This document shows, one piece after another, positions 1 to 9,166 of a stretch of DNA of 64,000 nucleotides (positions within the stretch are counted from its first letter, which is position 1; each line of letters starts with the position of its first letter). The DNA is taken from NCBI GenBank assembly GCA_963722255.1, contig CAVRJO010000001.1, forward strand, positions 192,001 to 256,000, read 5' to 3'. Made by a program: the position numbers and the translations under genes. The notes beneath the pieces are model-generated. The model was not told where the DNA came from, did not search any database, and saw nothing but the letters and a program-made list of their open reading frames with translations. Origin of the DNA: Candidatus Babeliales bacterium (GTDB lineage Bacteria; Babelota; Babeliae; Babelales; JANWKD01).

Positions 1-518
1 GGTAATTCATTAGATGATAATGAACAAACTTCTTTAATAATATCTCGTATGGTAAAACCATCAAATTGTGGAATATGTGGTCGCATTACAAAAGGTTGTT
101 TATGATTTTCAATTTCATTATATTCGGTTATTTTACGAGAAGTAAAAATAAATTTCCAAAGATAATTTAGATCATCATCTATTTTTTTTATATGTTTTTC
201 AAACTCATCAACTCTAGTAGCTACATTACCTATTTCAGCTAACATCGCTGTAGTAGTTTTATTTGCATTAATCTGAGCAACTTCATCTTCCAACTGTTGG
301 ATACGCTGTCGTGTTCGCATAAAATCATAGATAAAAAATCCACCAATTAAAACAGCAGCTGATGAATAGACAAAAGGTTTATATTCACACCACAAAGTAG
401 TAACTATTTCTAATGGCCTACAACCGCTCAATGCAGGTTTCAAAAATAGATCCATAGGTTTTAGTGCATTAAATAAAGCGCTTGCTAACAATAGAAATAA
501 ACACGCTCTTTTATACAT
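1..518 (-). CDS. Hypothetical secreted/membrane protein with coiled coil, runs off left edge
   Basis: Manual translation from ATG at 518 (GAAAGGG upstream): MYKRACLFLLLASALFNALKPMDLF..., hydrophobic segment then RQRIQQLEDEVAQ; open to window edge; not in ORF track. Confidence 0.75.
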   Translation of the reverse strand, partial: MYKRACLFLLLASALFNALKPMDLFLKPALSGCRPLEIVTTLWCEYKPFVYSSAAVLIGGFFIYDFMRTRQRIQQLEDEVAQINANKTTTAMLAEIGNVATRVDEFEKHIKKIDDDLNYLWKFIFTSRKITEYNEIENHKQPFVMRPHIPQFDGFTIRDIIKEVCSLSSNEL

Positions 519-625
519 ACAAACCCTTTCATTCCTCATAAACTCTAGAATTAGTATATGAATTTGGTGGCAATTAAAGTCAATATTTCTAATATTTTCT
601 TACTTGTAATTTTATTTTCTAATAA

Positions 626-1822
626 TTAACAGGGCAATCTATATATTTTAAAGAGTGGAACATATGCTACGCATCGGCCCTGACAATCTAATGACTTAAG
701 AGGAATTTTATTTTCACAACAATATATAAAATCATCCCAAGTTTCTATATCAGCAAATCGTTTTTTTAAAGAAATAGAATGTACATTTCCATAACCACGC
801 GAATAACCTTGAGCTTCTATAATTTCATTATTTTGCAATGATGCAATAATCGCAACATAACCGGGCGCCCAAAGGATATCGCCTTCTTGAAGCTCAGAAA
901 ATGGTACCAAAGATAATGAGTTTGCAACCGTTCGACTATTACAACAATAGTAGGACATTCCACAAATTTGTGCTGCTCGTAATATAAGCCCTGATGCATC
1001 AAATCCACTTAAAGAATGTTTGGAAGAAGTAGGACAAACCCAAGAACTTGATTCATTTCCATCATTAAACCATTTTTTCAAAACTATAGGTTCATCGGAG
1101 AAATCAATAAAACTCGTGCCGCCCCAAACAAAAGGAATCGATTTTCCTTTTGTACACCATGAATATAAAAGATTTACAAACATTTTTCTGCGCTGCTCAG
1201 GAGTAAAAAAACCGGAACTAATAGTTTTTGACGTAGGAATATGCGCTATCACGGATCTTTTATGCTTATGGTCATAGAGCATCACAGCACAATGATCATC
1301 ATCAGTTTGTTCAGAAGATAAACAAAATCGACTCCCCGCTGAATAGGTAACCTGAGTAGTATCATCAAACCAAGGTGTAATCAATGTAATAATTGATGGA
1401 TCACAACGTGTCGTTTCATTATATGCGCCGGGAAAAATAGATTGATCAATAGACAACTGATCAAGCTCCTCCTGAGTTATAATCCAATCCTTTAATGTCC
1501 ATACTGTTACCGGTTCATTAAACAATCCCATCATTGCTTTGGAACTACAATTTTGTAAAACTATTTGAACTTGATTATTTTTATAGGCAATAATCATTAC
1601 CTTCTCATTAAAAATGGCCTGATGCACTCGCAAGCATGATCCTTTGCCTTGTTCCGGAGAAACGGTAAGTGATTCATATGCTTCTCTAATGGTTTGTTTA
1701 TTGCCAAGATTAAATGGTTCTGCAACTAAATCAGCAACAGGAACACAAATATATCCGACCTGCGCTTGAAGCGATATACAAAAAAGTATGCTTCCTATAA
1801 AAATAACTGCGTTCATCCACAC
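626..1822 (-). CDS. Secreted NlpC/P60-family protein, catalytic residues substituted
   Basis: Signal peptide; PFVWGG, GFDASGL (cf. DCSG), LQEGDILWAPGYV (cf. GDL..GHV). Confidence 0.75.
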   Translation of the reverse strand: MWMNAVIFIGSILFCISLQAQVGYICVPVADLVAEPFNLGNKQTIREAYESLTVSPEQGKGSCLRVHQAIFNEKVMIIAYKNNQVQIVLQNCSSKAMMGLFNEPVTVWTLKDWIITQEELDQLSIDQSIFPGAYNETTRCDPSIITLITPWFDDTTQVTYSAGSRFCLSSEQTDDDHCAVMLYDHKHKRSVIAHIPTSKTISSGFFTPEQRRKMFVNLLYSWCTKGKSIPFVWGGTSFIDFSDEPIVLKKWFNDGNESSSWVCPTSSKHSLSGFDASGLILRAAQICGMSYYCCNSRTVANSLSLVPFSELQEGDILWAPGYVAIIASLQNNEIIEAQGYSRGYGNVHSISLKKRFADIETWDDFIYCCENKIPLKSLDCQGRCVAYVPLFKIYRLPC

Positions 1823-1922
1823 CCTTTCATCAAAGATATAAAAAAATCTTGAAATACCTTAAATAATTATAGCTAGATTATAGTATATTTTATGTAGATG
1901 CTCTGCAAAAAGGATTTCCTTT

Positions 1923-2336
1923 ATGATAATAAAAAAAAATTGTTTAAGAGCCTTATTATGCTTCATGCACGTAATTCACACTCATGACAATTCTCAGAAT
2001 TTAAGTTCATTTATTGAAACCACAACATTAGAAAATTTAAACTATCATGAATGCAAACAGGCCCGTAAAACTCAGTTAAAGAGTTGCTATAAAACACTTA
2101 CACATAAAGAACGAATACGCCTCTTTATAGAACTATCATTTGAACAAAAAGAAGAATTTTTAAAAGGAATAACTTTAGAAGAATATGAAGAGTTCCTCGA
2201 TGATTTTAATGAGTATGATTGGCACAAAGTTATTAAACAAATACCTGAAAAAGCACGACAAATTTGGCCTAAAACAGTTTATGAACAGCGTATGGCGCTT
2301 TTTGCACTTCTTAATCAAGATAAAAAAAATAAGTAA
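1923..2336 (+). CDS. Hypothetical protein, paralogue of next ORF
   Basis: 137-aa ORF with AAGGA RBS; shares EYDW...WPKTVxEQ block with 2342-2965. Confidence 0.7.
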   Translation: MIIKKNCLRALLCFMHVIHTHDNSQNLSSFIETTTLENLNYHECKQARKTQLKSCYKTLTHKERIRLFIELSFEQKEEFLKGITLEEYEEFLDDFNEYDWHKVIKQIPEKARQIWPKTVYEQRMALFALLNQDKKNK

Positions 2337-2341
2337 GGGCA

Positions 2342-2965
2342 TTGCTCATGAACATATATAGTTATCTGCTATTTCTCTCTTTCCTTGCTAGCATGATCTG
2401 CTCCTTCAACGGTTCTTTAACTAAAGAGCAAGATCAAGGAAATATTTACTATAAAATAATAAATGATAATTCACAAAAAATTTATGTACAAAAACAAGAA
2501 TCAGAGTGTTGTGAAGATAGAAACAACTCTGAGTTTGTCGAGTGCATCTTTTCATTACCTGTTGAAGATCAAAAGGAAGTTTTCGGACAATTAACACCTT
2601 CAAGAAAACGAGAATATCTACGTAATTTAACGCCTGCACAGTATGAAAAATTTCTTAATGCATATAGTGAATACGATTGGAAAGTTCTGTATAATTCGCT
2701 CACTAAAGATGAACAAGCTTATTGGCCAAAAACAGTCAAAGAGCAGTTAATTGCAGTGCAATCAATAAAATTCAGAGCCGAAAAAGACAATGATCATATG
2801 AATCTGGCAATGATTGGAGTTGGCCTTTTTGTTAACCCATATCTCTATATAACATACTATGGATATGCTGCCTACATGTCATTTGTCAAAAATGAACGCA
2901 TTATTGTAGATAGAAATATAATGTGCTATTTTCAACACTATATGAAATCAACCTTTGAAATTTGA
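2342..2965 (+). CDS. Hypothetical exported protein with C-terminal hydrophobic segment
   Basis: Signal-like N-terminus (likely start ATG 2348); short helical repeats; paralogous block. Confidence 0.7.
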   Translation: MLMNIYSYLLFLSFLASMICSFNGSLTKEQDQGNIYYKIINDNSQKIYVQKQESECCEDRNNSEFVECIFSLPVEDQKEVFGQLTPSRKREYLRNLTPAQYEKFLNAYSEYDWKVLYNSLTKDEQAYWPKTVKEQLIAVQSIKFRAEKDNDHMNLAMIGVGLFVNPYLYITYYGYAAYMSFVKNERIIVDRNIMCYFQHYMKSTFEI

Positions 2966-3003
2966 ACGGATAGAGAAGCATAGTAAAAAAAAGAGGAGCA
3001 TGT

Positions 3004-3948
3004 ATGAAAAAAATAGTAATGTTAACTGCGCTCGCTGCAACAACAATTCTTATTCAATGCGAAAATGACAAGAATCCAAAAAAAAAGAAAGAGTACCAAC
3101 CAGTTCCACAAGGTGCTTACTTTTCAATAACGAATAATAATTCTCAGAGCTTTAATCTTGAGGAAAAAAGAAGAGAAGTGAGCGTGAGTGTACAACAGCC
3201 TCCTGTTGTCATTTCTACACAGCCGCCTCAACAACCGACTCAACAGCAGTACCACCAGCAATCAAATCCTACACACAAAGGCGCTCCCATCAATCAGCCA
3301 CCGCATACTATACAGCATGAGTATTCATACTCTCATCAGGAAACACGTGATTATTTTGTGCCATTTTATGATAAAATAAAAAAGATCCCAACACTTTTTA
3401 CTGCAAAAAACTGCCTTATTGCATTAGGTGCTGTTGCATGCAGCTATGCAGTTATCTATTTCACCTTACAGTATCATGTAAAAAATGTTAAAAAAAATAC
3501 CGGATGGGGATCTTTCCAAGAACATATACCGCCGGCTGATCTTAAAAGCATCGATCCTTTAGCATTGGCCGATGGCATTATTGAAGAAATTAAAGCTCGA
3601 TATCCATTGATAAACCCTGCAAATCTTATGCCTTCCATACTTCTTTTTAATAAAGATGTAGAACAAGAACTGGATGAACTGAACAATTTTATCGATTTTT
3701 ATACCGGAATTATCACCTATAAAGCTGCACCTCTATTTCCTAATTACGAAAAACTTTTGGTTAAGGCACAAACAAAAATTCAAAGACTTAACATAGTGCG
3801 TGATACTATAACAGAATGGATCAACATACATGTTACCCGCCTCATGCGGAATCAACCTATTCCACGACACAATGCTCATGAGGCCAATGGTGATGAAACA
3901 GGAACAATGAATGAAAAAAAATGCATTGCTTTTTTAGTACATGAATAA
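3004..3948 (+). CDS. Hypothetical exported/membrane protein, Gln/Pro-rich linker
   Basis: GAGGAG RBS; signal peptide (possible lipobox LIQC); QQP-rich tract; internal TM. Confidence 0.75.
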   Translation: MKKIVMLTALAATTILIQCENDKNPKKKKEYQPVPQGAYFSITNNNSQSFNLEEKRREVSVSVQQPPVVISTQPPQQPTQQQYHQQSNPTHKGAPINQPPHTIQHEYSYSHQETRDYFVPFYDKIKKIPTLFTAKNCLIALGAVACSYAVIYFTLQYHVKNVKKNTGWGSFQEHIPPADLKSIDPLALADGIIEEIKARYPLINPANLMPSILLFNKDVEQELDELNNFIDFYTGIITYKAAPLFPNYEKLLVKAQTKIQRLNIVRDTITEWINIHVTRLMRNQPIPRHNAHEANGDETGTMNEKKCIAFLVHE

Positions 3949-4417
3949 CAAAAGCTTATGGATATTTTTGATAACTATTCAAGTATGCCCCATATCTCAT
4001 AGTGTGGGGCAACGGTCTTTTGATTTAAAACTAAAACGTAAAAAAATATCTAACTTCCAACAAGCACTTGCACATCTTTACGCACAAAAACCTCATCTTC
4101 TACAACCTCAACAACCTATCGAAACGGTAATAACCAATAGCCCCCCCTATTCCTGGAAAAAAATCTTAGCCCATTCAGTTGATCTAGTTCCTCTACTCTA
4201 TTTTTGTTATGGAACCTATGGAAATTACACAAACCATACTGAAGCACATCAACATTTTCAAGAAAGTTATTTGCATCAAACTATACTTTCTAACTTTCCT
4301 AGTTTATTTGTAAATACCCCACGACATGTCGGTTTCTTTTTGCAAGAAACCGAACTTTTGTTGCAGGCCTATTTGCTAAAGTTACTTTTAAAAATGATTG
4401 TTTTTTGTTTTGGATAA
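3941..4417 (+). CDS. Hypothetical protein
   Basis: 158-aa ORF overlapping upstream stop; signal-like N-terminus. Confidence 0.6.
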   Translation: MNNKSLWIFLITIQVCPISHSVGQRSFDLKLKRKKISNFQQALAHLYAQKPHLLQPQQPIETVITNSPPYSWKKILAHSVDLVPLLYFCYGTYGNYTNHTEAHQHFQESYLHQTILSNFPSLFVNTPRHVGFFLQETELLLQAYLLKLLLKMIVFCFG

Positions 4418-4469
4418 TACAGATTCAATGAATTAGTATATATAAATGTTAACTCAAACAAATCCAATC

Positions 4470-4498
4470 TTGCTATTTGTATTATTTAATGTTATAAG
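4470..4498 (+). promoter_or_regulatory. Sigma70-like promoter for leader/ABC operon
   Basis: TTGCTA-17 nt-TATAAG with TG extension; start would fall at or near leader ATG 4507. Confidence 0.5.
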
Positions 4499-4506
4499 TA
4501 AAAGAT

Positions 4507-4653
4507 ATGAAGATTACTATACCTACCATCAATAACTTATTCTTAGATGTTAAAGCTTATGGCCTTATCAATGCCAAAAGCCAGGATTGCGCCCTTTCTT
4601 ATAGCTATTCTTATTATTTTTATTTTATATACGAGGGGTCGCATTATGCCTAA
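4507..4653 (+). CDS. Tyr/Phe-rich attenuator leader peptide (48 aa)
   Basis: MKITIPTINNLFLDVKAYGLINAKSQDCALSYSYSYYFYFIYEGSHYA*; 7 Tyr + 2 Phe in last 18 codons; directly before a terminator. Confidence 0.7.
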   Translation: MKITIPTINNLFLDVKAYGLINAKSQDCALSYSYSYYFYFIYEGSHYA

Positions 4654-4686
4654 ATTATAAGTTTTAAAAATTATAAGGCAAAGTGT

Positions 4687-4718
4687 AAAAACCCCGGAAA
4701 AAACCCCGGGGTTTTTTT
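4687..4718 (+). terminator. Intrinsic terminator (attenuator) upstream of ABC operon
   Basis: AAAAACCCCGG/CCGGGGTTTTT stem followed by T-run, before the first ABC gene. Confidence 0.8.
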
Positions 4719-4771
4719 ATTGCCAAAAATTTAAATTGTATTGTTATCGTACCTCAACAAAAGGATCTCAT

Positions 4772-5734
4772 ATGAAAAAGATAGTTTTGATTACATCAAT
4801 AATAGCAGCTGTTCCGGCATTTATTATCATGAAACGTATAAGAAAACCAAAACATGAAATAGCCTTTACTATCGGCATATTGCAAACAGCATCGCATCCG
4901 GCACTTGATGCTTCTCGTGACGGTTTTATTGAAGAGCTAAAAAATAAAATTGGCAACTCAGTTGAGTTTGTCATTCAAAATGCGCAAGGTTCTGTTGCTC
5001 AAGCTCATGCAATAGCACAACAATTTCATGCTAACAAACGGTTCATGGGATTTTTTGCAATTGCAACTCCTGCAGCTCAAGCTATGAGCACAGTTGAAAA
5101 AGAAAGGCCTATTATTATTGCAGCCGTAACTGACCCACATGCATTAGGATTAATCAATCCAACCACAAACGTTTGTGGTGTAAAAGATATGATCAATGTT
5201 AAAGCAGAAATTGAGATGCTTACACAATTAATACCTCATGCAAAAACAGTTGGCCTTATTTATACTTCAGGTGAAACAAATTCAATCGCTCTAATAAAAC
5301 AAATGCATGTAGAACTTGTAGCCAAAGGCTTAACCCCTGTTGATTTTGCAGTAAGCAATGAATCCGACATTCAAGCAGTCGTTGAGTTAGCCTGCAGAAA
5401 AACGGATGTAATTCTTGCTCCAACTGACAACACGGTTGCTTCAACTATTACGTTGATTGCAACAATAACACTCAAACATAAAAAGCCTTTAATCGTCAGT
5501 GATAATATGCTCGTTAAATTCGGTGCACTTGCCTCACGAGGAGTTGATTATAAAGCAAGCGGTAAAAAAGCAGCACAAATCGCCTATGAACTATTGAAAG
5601 GAGCTAAATTACCCTATGAATTACCGATTGAACAAGCACAAAGCGAACAAATATTCATTAATGAAAATAGTTTAAAAGCCCTTGGACTGAACATTCCGGA
5701 GTCATTAAAAGAACATATCACGTTAGTTTTGTAA
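4772..5734 (+). CDS. ABC transporter substrate-binding protein (TrpX-like/ABC_sub_bind, putative aromatic amino acid)
   Basis: IGILQTASHPALDA..GF, NAQG, IATPAAQA, PTDNTVAS, GVDY motifs; ATG 4772 after AAGGA. Confidence 0.88.
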   Translation: MKKIVLITSIIAAVPAFIIMKRIRKPKHEIAFTIGILQTASHPALDASRDGFIEELKNKIGNSVEFVIQNAQGSVAQAHAIAQQFHANKRFMGFFAIATPAAQAMSTVEKERPIIIAAVTDPHALGLINPTTNVCGVKDMINVKAEIEMLTQLIPHAKTVGLIYTSGETNSIALIKQMHVELVAKGLTPVDFAVSNESDIQAVVELACRKTDVILAPTDNTVASTITLIATITLKHKKPLIVSDNMLVKFGALASRGVDYKASGKKAAQIAYELLKGAKLPYELPIEQAQSEQIFINENSLKALGLNIPESLKEHITLVL

Positions 5735-5741
5735 GGAAAAT

Positions 5742-6587
5742 ATGATTGAACTACTACACATAGCACAAGGCATTGTTGAGCGAGGATTAATTTTCGGTGT
5801 TATTGTTGCAGCCGTTTATCTTGCTTCGCGTCTTATTAATTTTGATAATTTAGCAGTTGAAGGCGCATTCGGACTCGGCGGAGCCATAACCGCCCTCACT
5901 ATCAGTTACGGAATTAATCCTTGGATTGGACTTGTCGGAGCATCGATTGCGGGTGCTCTTTCTGGAATAGCAACAGGCTTGCTTACTACTAAATTACAAA
6001 TTAATGCGTTAATAAGCGGCATTGTTGTTACCACAGGACTATTCTCAATCACCTTAAAAATAGCCGGATCAAACATGGCATTACATGGTAACTCAACTAT
6101 TTTTACACTTTTGCCATCACTGTTTGCACCATATCAACCACTACTAGTTTTAACACTCCTCTGCGTCATACTATTTTCTCTTATCAACTGGTTTCTAAAA
6201 ACGGAAATTGGTTTCTTACTTCATGCTGTCGGAGATACGCCACAAATGCTTACTAATGTTGGTAAAAGCGTAGCCGGTTATACAATCTTAGGGTTAACAC
6301 TTTCAAATACATTAGCTGCAGTCAGTGGTGCATTATTTGTGCAGTATGCCGGTTATTTTTCAATTTGGACAAGTGTCGGTGTCTTAATTATAGGCTTAGC
6401 GGGCATGATATTAGCTCAAACATTCAGTGCAAATTTTGGGATAGCCATTGTAATCGGATCAATTGCCTACCAAGCAATTATTGCACTCACCTTTGAATTA
6501 CAAATGGATCAAGATTGGAACAAATTAATTACAGCATTACTTATTGTTCTCTTAATTGTAATTAAGCAGCAGCTCAATAAAAAATAA
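5742..6587 (+). CDS. ABC transporter permease
   Basis: Multi-TM; LAVEGAFGLGG, GLLTTKL, FLKTEIG..LHAVGD. Confidence 0.88.
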   Translation: MIELLHIAQGIVERGLIFGVIVAAVYLASRLINFDNLAVEGAFGLGGAITALTISYGINPWIGLVGASIAGALSGIATGLLTTKLQINALISGIVVTTGLFSITLKIAGSNMALHGNSTIFTLLPSLFAPYQPLLVLTLLCVILFSLINWFLKTEIGFLLHAVGDTPQMLTNVGKSVAGYTILGLTLSNTLAAVSGALFVQYAGYFSIWTSVGVLIIGLAGMILAQTFSANFGIAIVIGSIAYQAIIALTFELQMDQDWNKLITALLIVLLIVIKQQLNKK

Positions 6588-6597
6588 GGATACTACT

Positions 6598-7347
6598 ATG
6601 TTAAAACTTAAAAATATTAACATCTGGTACGGCAATAATCATATTTTACAAGATCTTTCTTGCGAGGTTCAACAAGGCGATTTTATCGTGATTGTAGGCG
6701 CCAATGGCGCAGGAAAAAGTAGTTTTTTTGACACAATTGCAGGGAAAATTAAACCAAAGTCCGGCACCATCATTCTTGATGGTTTAGATATTACACAACT
6801 AGATGAACAACAACGTGCTGGTATGATTACCCGTATTTTTCAGAATACACAACTCAATTCTGTTGGATCATTAACAGTAGAACAAAATCTTGCTATAGCT
6901 CTTTATAGCCGTAGAAACGCTCGCCTTGTTAACGGGATGCAAGCAATGCCGCGTGAACTCGCAAAGCAGCTTGTAACTAATCTCGGCATGGATCAATCTA
7001 TTTTAGAAAAACCAATGAATGCATTATCCGGAGGGCAGCGACAACTTATTGCATTTGTAATGGCCACACAACTTAGACCTAAAATACTTTTACTCGATGA
7101 GCCCACCGCAGCACTTGATCCACAGGCTTCTACAAAACTCTTACACCATGCTGTGAAATTTATTAAACAACATGCTATAACAACATTGCTTATAACGCAT
7201 GATCCACATATTGCACTGGCTCTTGGAAATAAAATTTGGGTTTTGGAAAATGGTACAATCTCCAGAGAATTTAATGCAGAGCAAAAGAAAAATTTAAATC
7301 CGGATCATCTGATTGGCCAAATTGATTATGCACAAATTGCACAATAA
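6598..7347 (+). CDS. ABC transporter ATP-binding protein
   Basis: GANGAGKS, LSGGQRQ, LLLDEPTAALDP, ITH. Confidence 0.95.
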   Translation: MLKLKNINIWYGNNHILQDLSCEVQQGDFIVIVGANGAGKSSFFDTIAGKIKPKSGTIILDGLDITQLDEQQRAGMITRIFQNTQLNSVGSLTVEQNLAIALYSRRNARLVNGMQAMPRELAKQLVTNLGMDQSILEKPMNALSGGQRQLIAFVMATQLRPKILLLDEPTAALDPQASTKLLHHAVKFIKQHAITTLLITHDPHIALALGNKIWVLENGTISREFNAEQKKNLNPDHLIGQIDYAQIAQ

Positions 7348-7376
7348 ATAAATTTTATTGAGTGAAAATTTCTTTT

Positions 7377-9107
7377 TTATTTCTCTAGATATTTGGTGTT
7401 ATTCTTCTGTTCTATGTACCCTTTGATCGATTCTGGCAATTCATCAAATAAGATCTGGGTATCTTTTGACTCATTAATACAATTTATATTAGCAAGACCA
7501 TTGTTTTCTTTTAAATTATGCGCACAAGCATGAAGCAATGCAATATGATGTGCTGAAAAATTATGTAAATTTTTTTCTAATTCTTCATCAAATAACACAT
7601 GCTCTATTACACCCTTGTAACATTGTGCTGCCAGAGTTTTACCATCGAGAGAAAAAGCAACAGGGTAGGCATAATCTTTAAAAGTTCTTATTCTATGTCC
7701 AGATTGTGTGTCAAATAAAGTAACATGTGATTCTTCATCACATGTTAAAGCTAATAATGTTCCATCGGGGGATTGGATTAATTGATAGATATATTGAGTA
7801 TATTGGAATCGATAATCATCTAAGGGAATTACCTTAGATGGCTCATTTTTTTCTATATCCCAAAAACAAAGTTCTGCCTTATTACATGTGTCGCTATTGT
7901 TTTTTTTTGATAGTGAAAAAAGTGTTTTTTTGTCATGAGATAAGCATAAACAAGAAATAGGTTTCTTAGATCTTTTAAAGGAGGAAAAGCATGGTTGATA
8001 ATTACCATCTTCAATCCTGTATTTATAAATGCCTTGCTTCATATGAGCAATATAGAATGTGAGAGTTTCATTATCAAAGGCAAAAGCATCGATCTTGGGG
8101 CCAAAATATAATTGTTGAGATGCTTGATCTGTTAATGTGTTGATGTCAAGATAATAACTATAGATCCAATGATCTTGTATAAAATTGAGAACATTTCTTT
8201 GATGGGAATAAGTGAGTGCTCGAGTTCCTAGTTTTACGCTCCTTGTGGCTAAAAAATTACCTTGTAGATCATAAAGTTGAATGTTATTTCTAAATAAACA
8301 AAATAATTTATTAGATTTTGAACAAATGCATGCTGTATATAGATTTTCAGTGCTTGGTGTTGCAAATGTTGTTAAAGTATGATTATGCCAAAATGTTATT
8401 CTTTTGTAATTGCCTGATCGAAATATTAAAGTATCCACTGGAATAAAATTAGGATGAGAAGCATGAGTTTTTTTCTTATGAACGATATATTCCTGATTTA
8501 GTCTGATAAGTAAATGATGTATTTCTTGTGAATTTTTCAGTATATGATTTCCTAAAACTATTGAAATGGTTGCATTGTCAATATCATCAAGTAATGTAAG
8601 TGCTGCAGAAAGTTGATTGTTTTGTGTGAGTTGTAGTGTTTTAGCGCTTAAATATCTTAAGCATGCATTAAAAATTGGGGTAACATTAAGAAAGTCACTT
8701 GCTTTTAAAAGAGCTACAGCATTTTTTTGATAATGTTGTGTTTTGAATAATTTTTGCAGTGTAGCAAGTTGTCTTTCTTCTGTTTTTTGTTGAGCTAATG
8801 ATTTTACTGCTGTTTCGATTGTTTTGAAATATTTTTTAATAACAATAGGATGATTAATTTCAACAATAGTATCTTGTGTCAAATTATATTGATCATATAA
8901 ATATTTTACGTATTCGAGTTGTCTAAGACTCCATTGTGATGAATAAATAATTTCTTCTTGATTATTTTTTAGATTTACCGTAATTGATAAAGCATCATCA
9001 TTATCTGGAACCAAAGCAGGCATTTTAGGTTTTTCCAGTGTATAGGAATAGTGGACTGATGAAAATAAGAAGAGTGCAGAAAAAAGATAGATTTTTGATT
9101 TGAACAT
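7377..9107 (-). CDS. Secreted Skp1/BTB-like + WD40 beta-propeller protein
   Basis: Signal peptide; LLKASDFLNVTPIFNAC; WD-like repeats (LCFWDIEK, SPDGTLLA, FSLDGKTLA). Confidence 0.75.
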   Translation of the reverse strand: MFKSKIYLFSALFLFSSVHYSYTLEKPKMPALVPDNDDALSITVNLKNNQEEIIYSSQWSLRQLEYVKYLYDQYNLTQDTIVEINHPIVIKKYFKTIETAVKSLAQQKTEERQLATLQKLFKTQHYQKNAVALLKASDFLNVTPIFNACLRYLSAKTLQLTQNNQLSAALTLLDDIDNATISIVLGNHILKNSQEIHHLLIRLNQEYIVHKKKTHASHPNFIPVDTLIFRSGNYKRITFWHNHTLTTFATPSTENLYTACICSKSNKLFCLFRNNIQLYDLQGNFLATRSVKLGTRALTYSHQRNVLNFIQDHWIYSYYLDINTLTDQASQQLYFGPKIDAFAFDNETLTFYIAHMKQGIYKYRIEDGNYQPCFSSFKRSKKPISCLCLSHDKKTLFSLSKKNNSDTCNKAELCFWDIEKNEPSKVIPLDDYRFQYTQYIYQLIQSPDGTLLALTCDEESHVTLFDTQSGHRIRTFKDYAYPVAFSLDGKTLAAQCYKGVIEHVLFDEELEKNLHNFSAHHIALLHACAHNLKENNGLANINCINESKDTQILFDELPESIKGYIEQKNNTKYLEK

Positions 9108-9135
9108 ATGAGTACTTTCATTACAAGATGTTTTT
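8930..9135. repeat. Copy 1 of ~200-bp duplicated 5' cassette (UTR + signal peptide + N-terminus)
   Basis: Near-identical to 10687-10894, e.g. CCATTGTGATGAATAAATAATTTCTTCTTG..TTATTTTTTAGATTTACCGTAATTGATAAAGCATCATCATTATCT. Confidence 0.85.
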
Positions 9136-9166
9136 AAATTTCATATTTTCAGATTGTTGTGAACAG

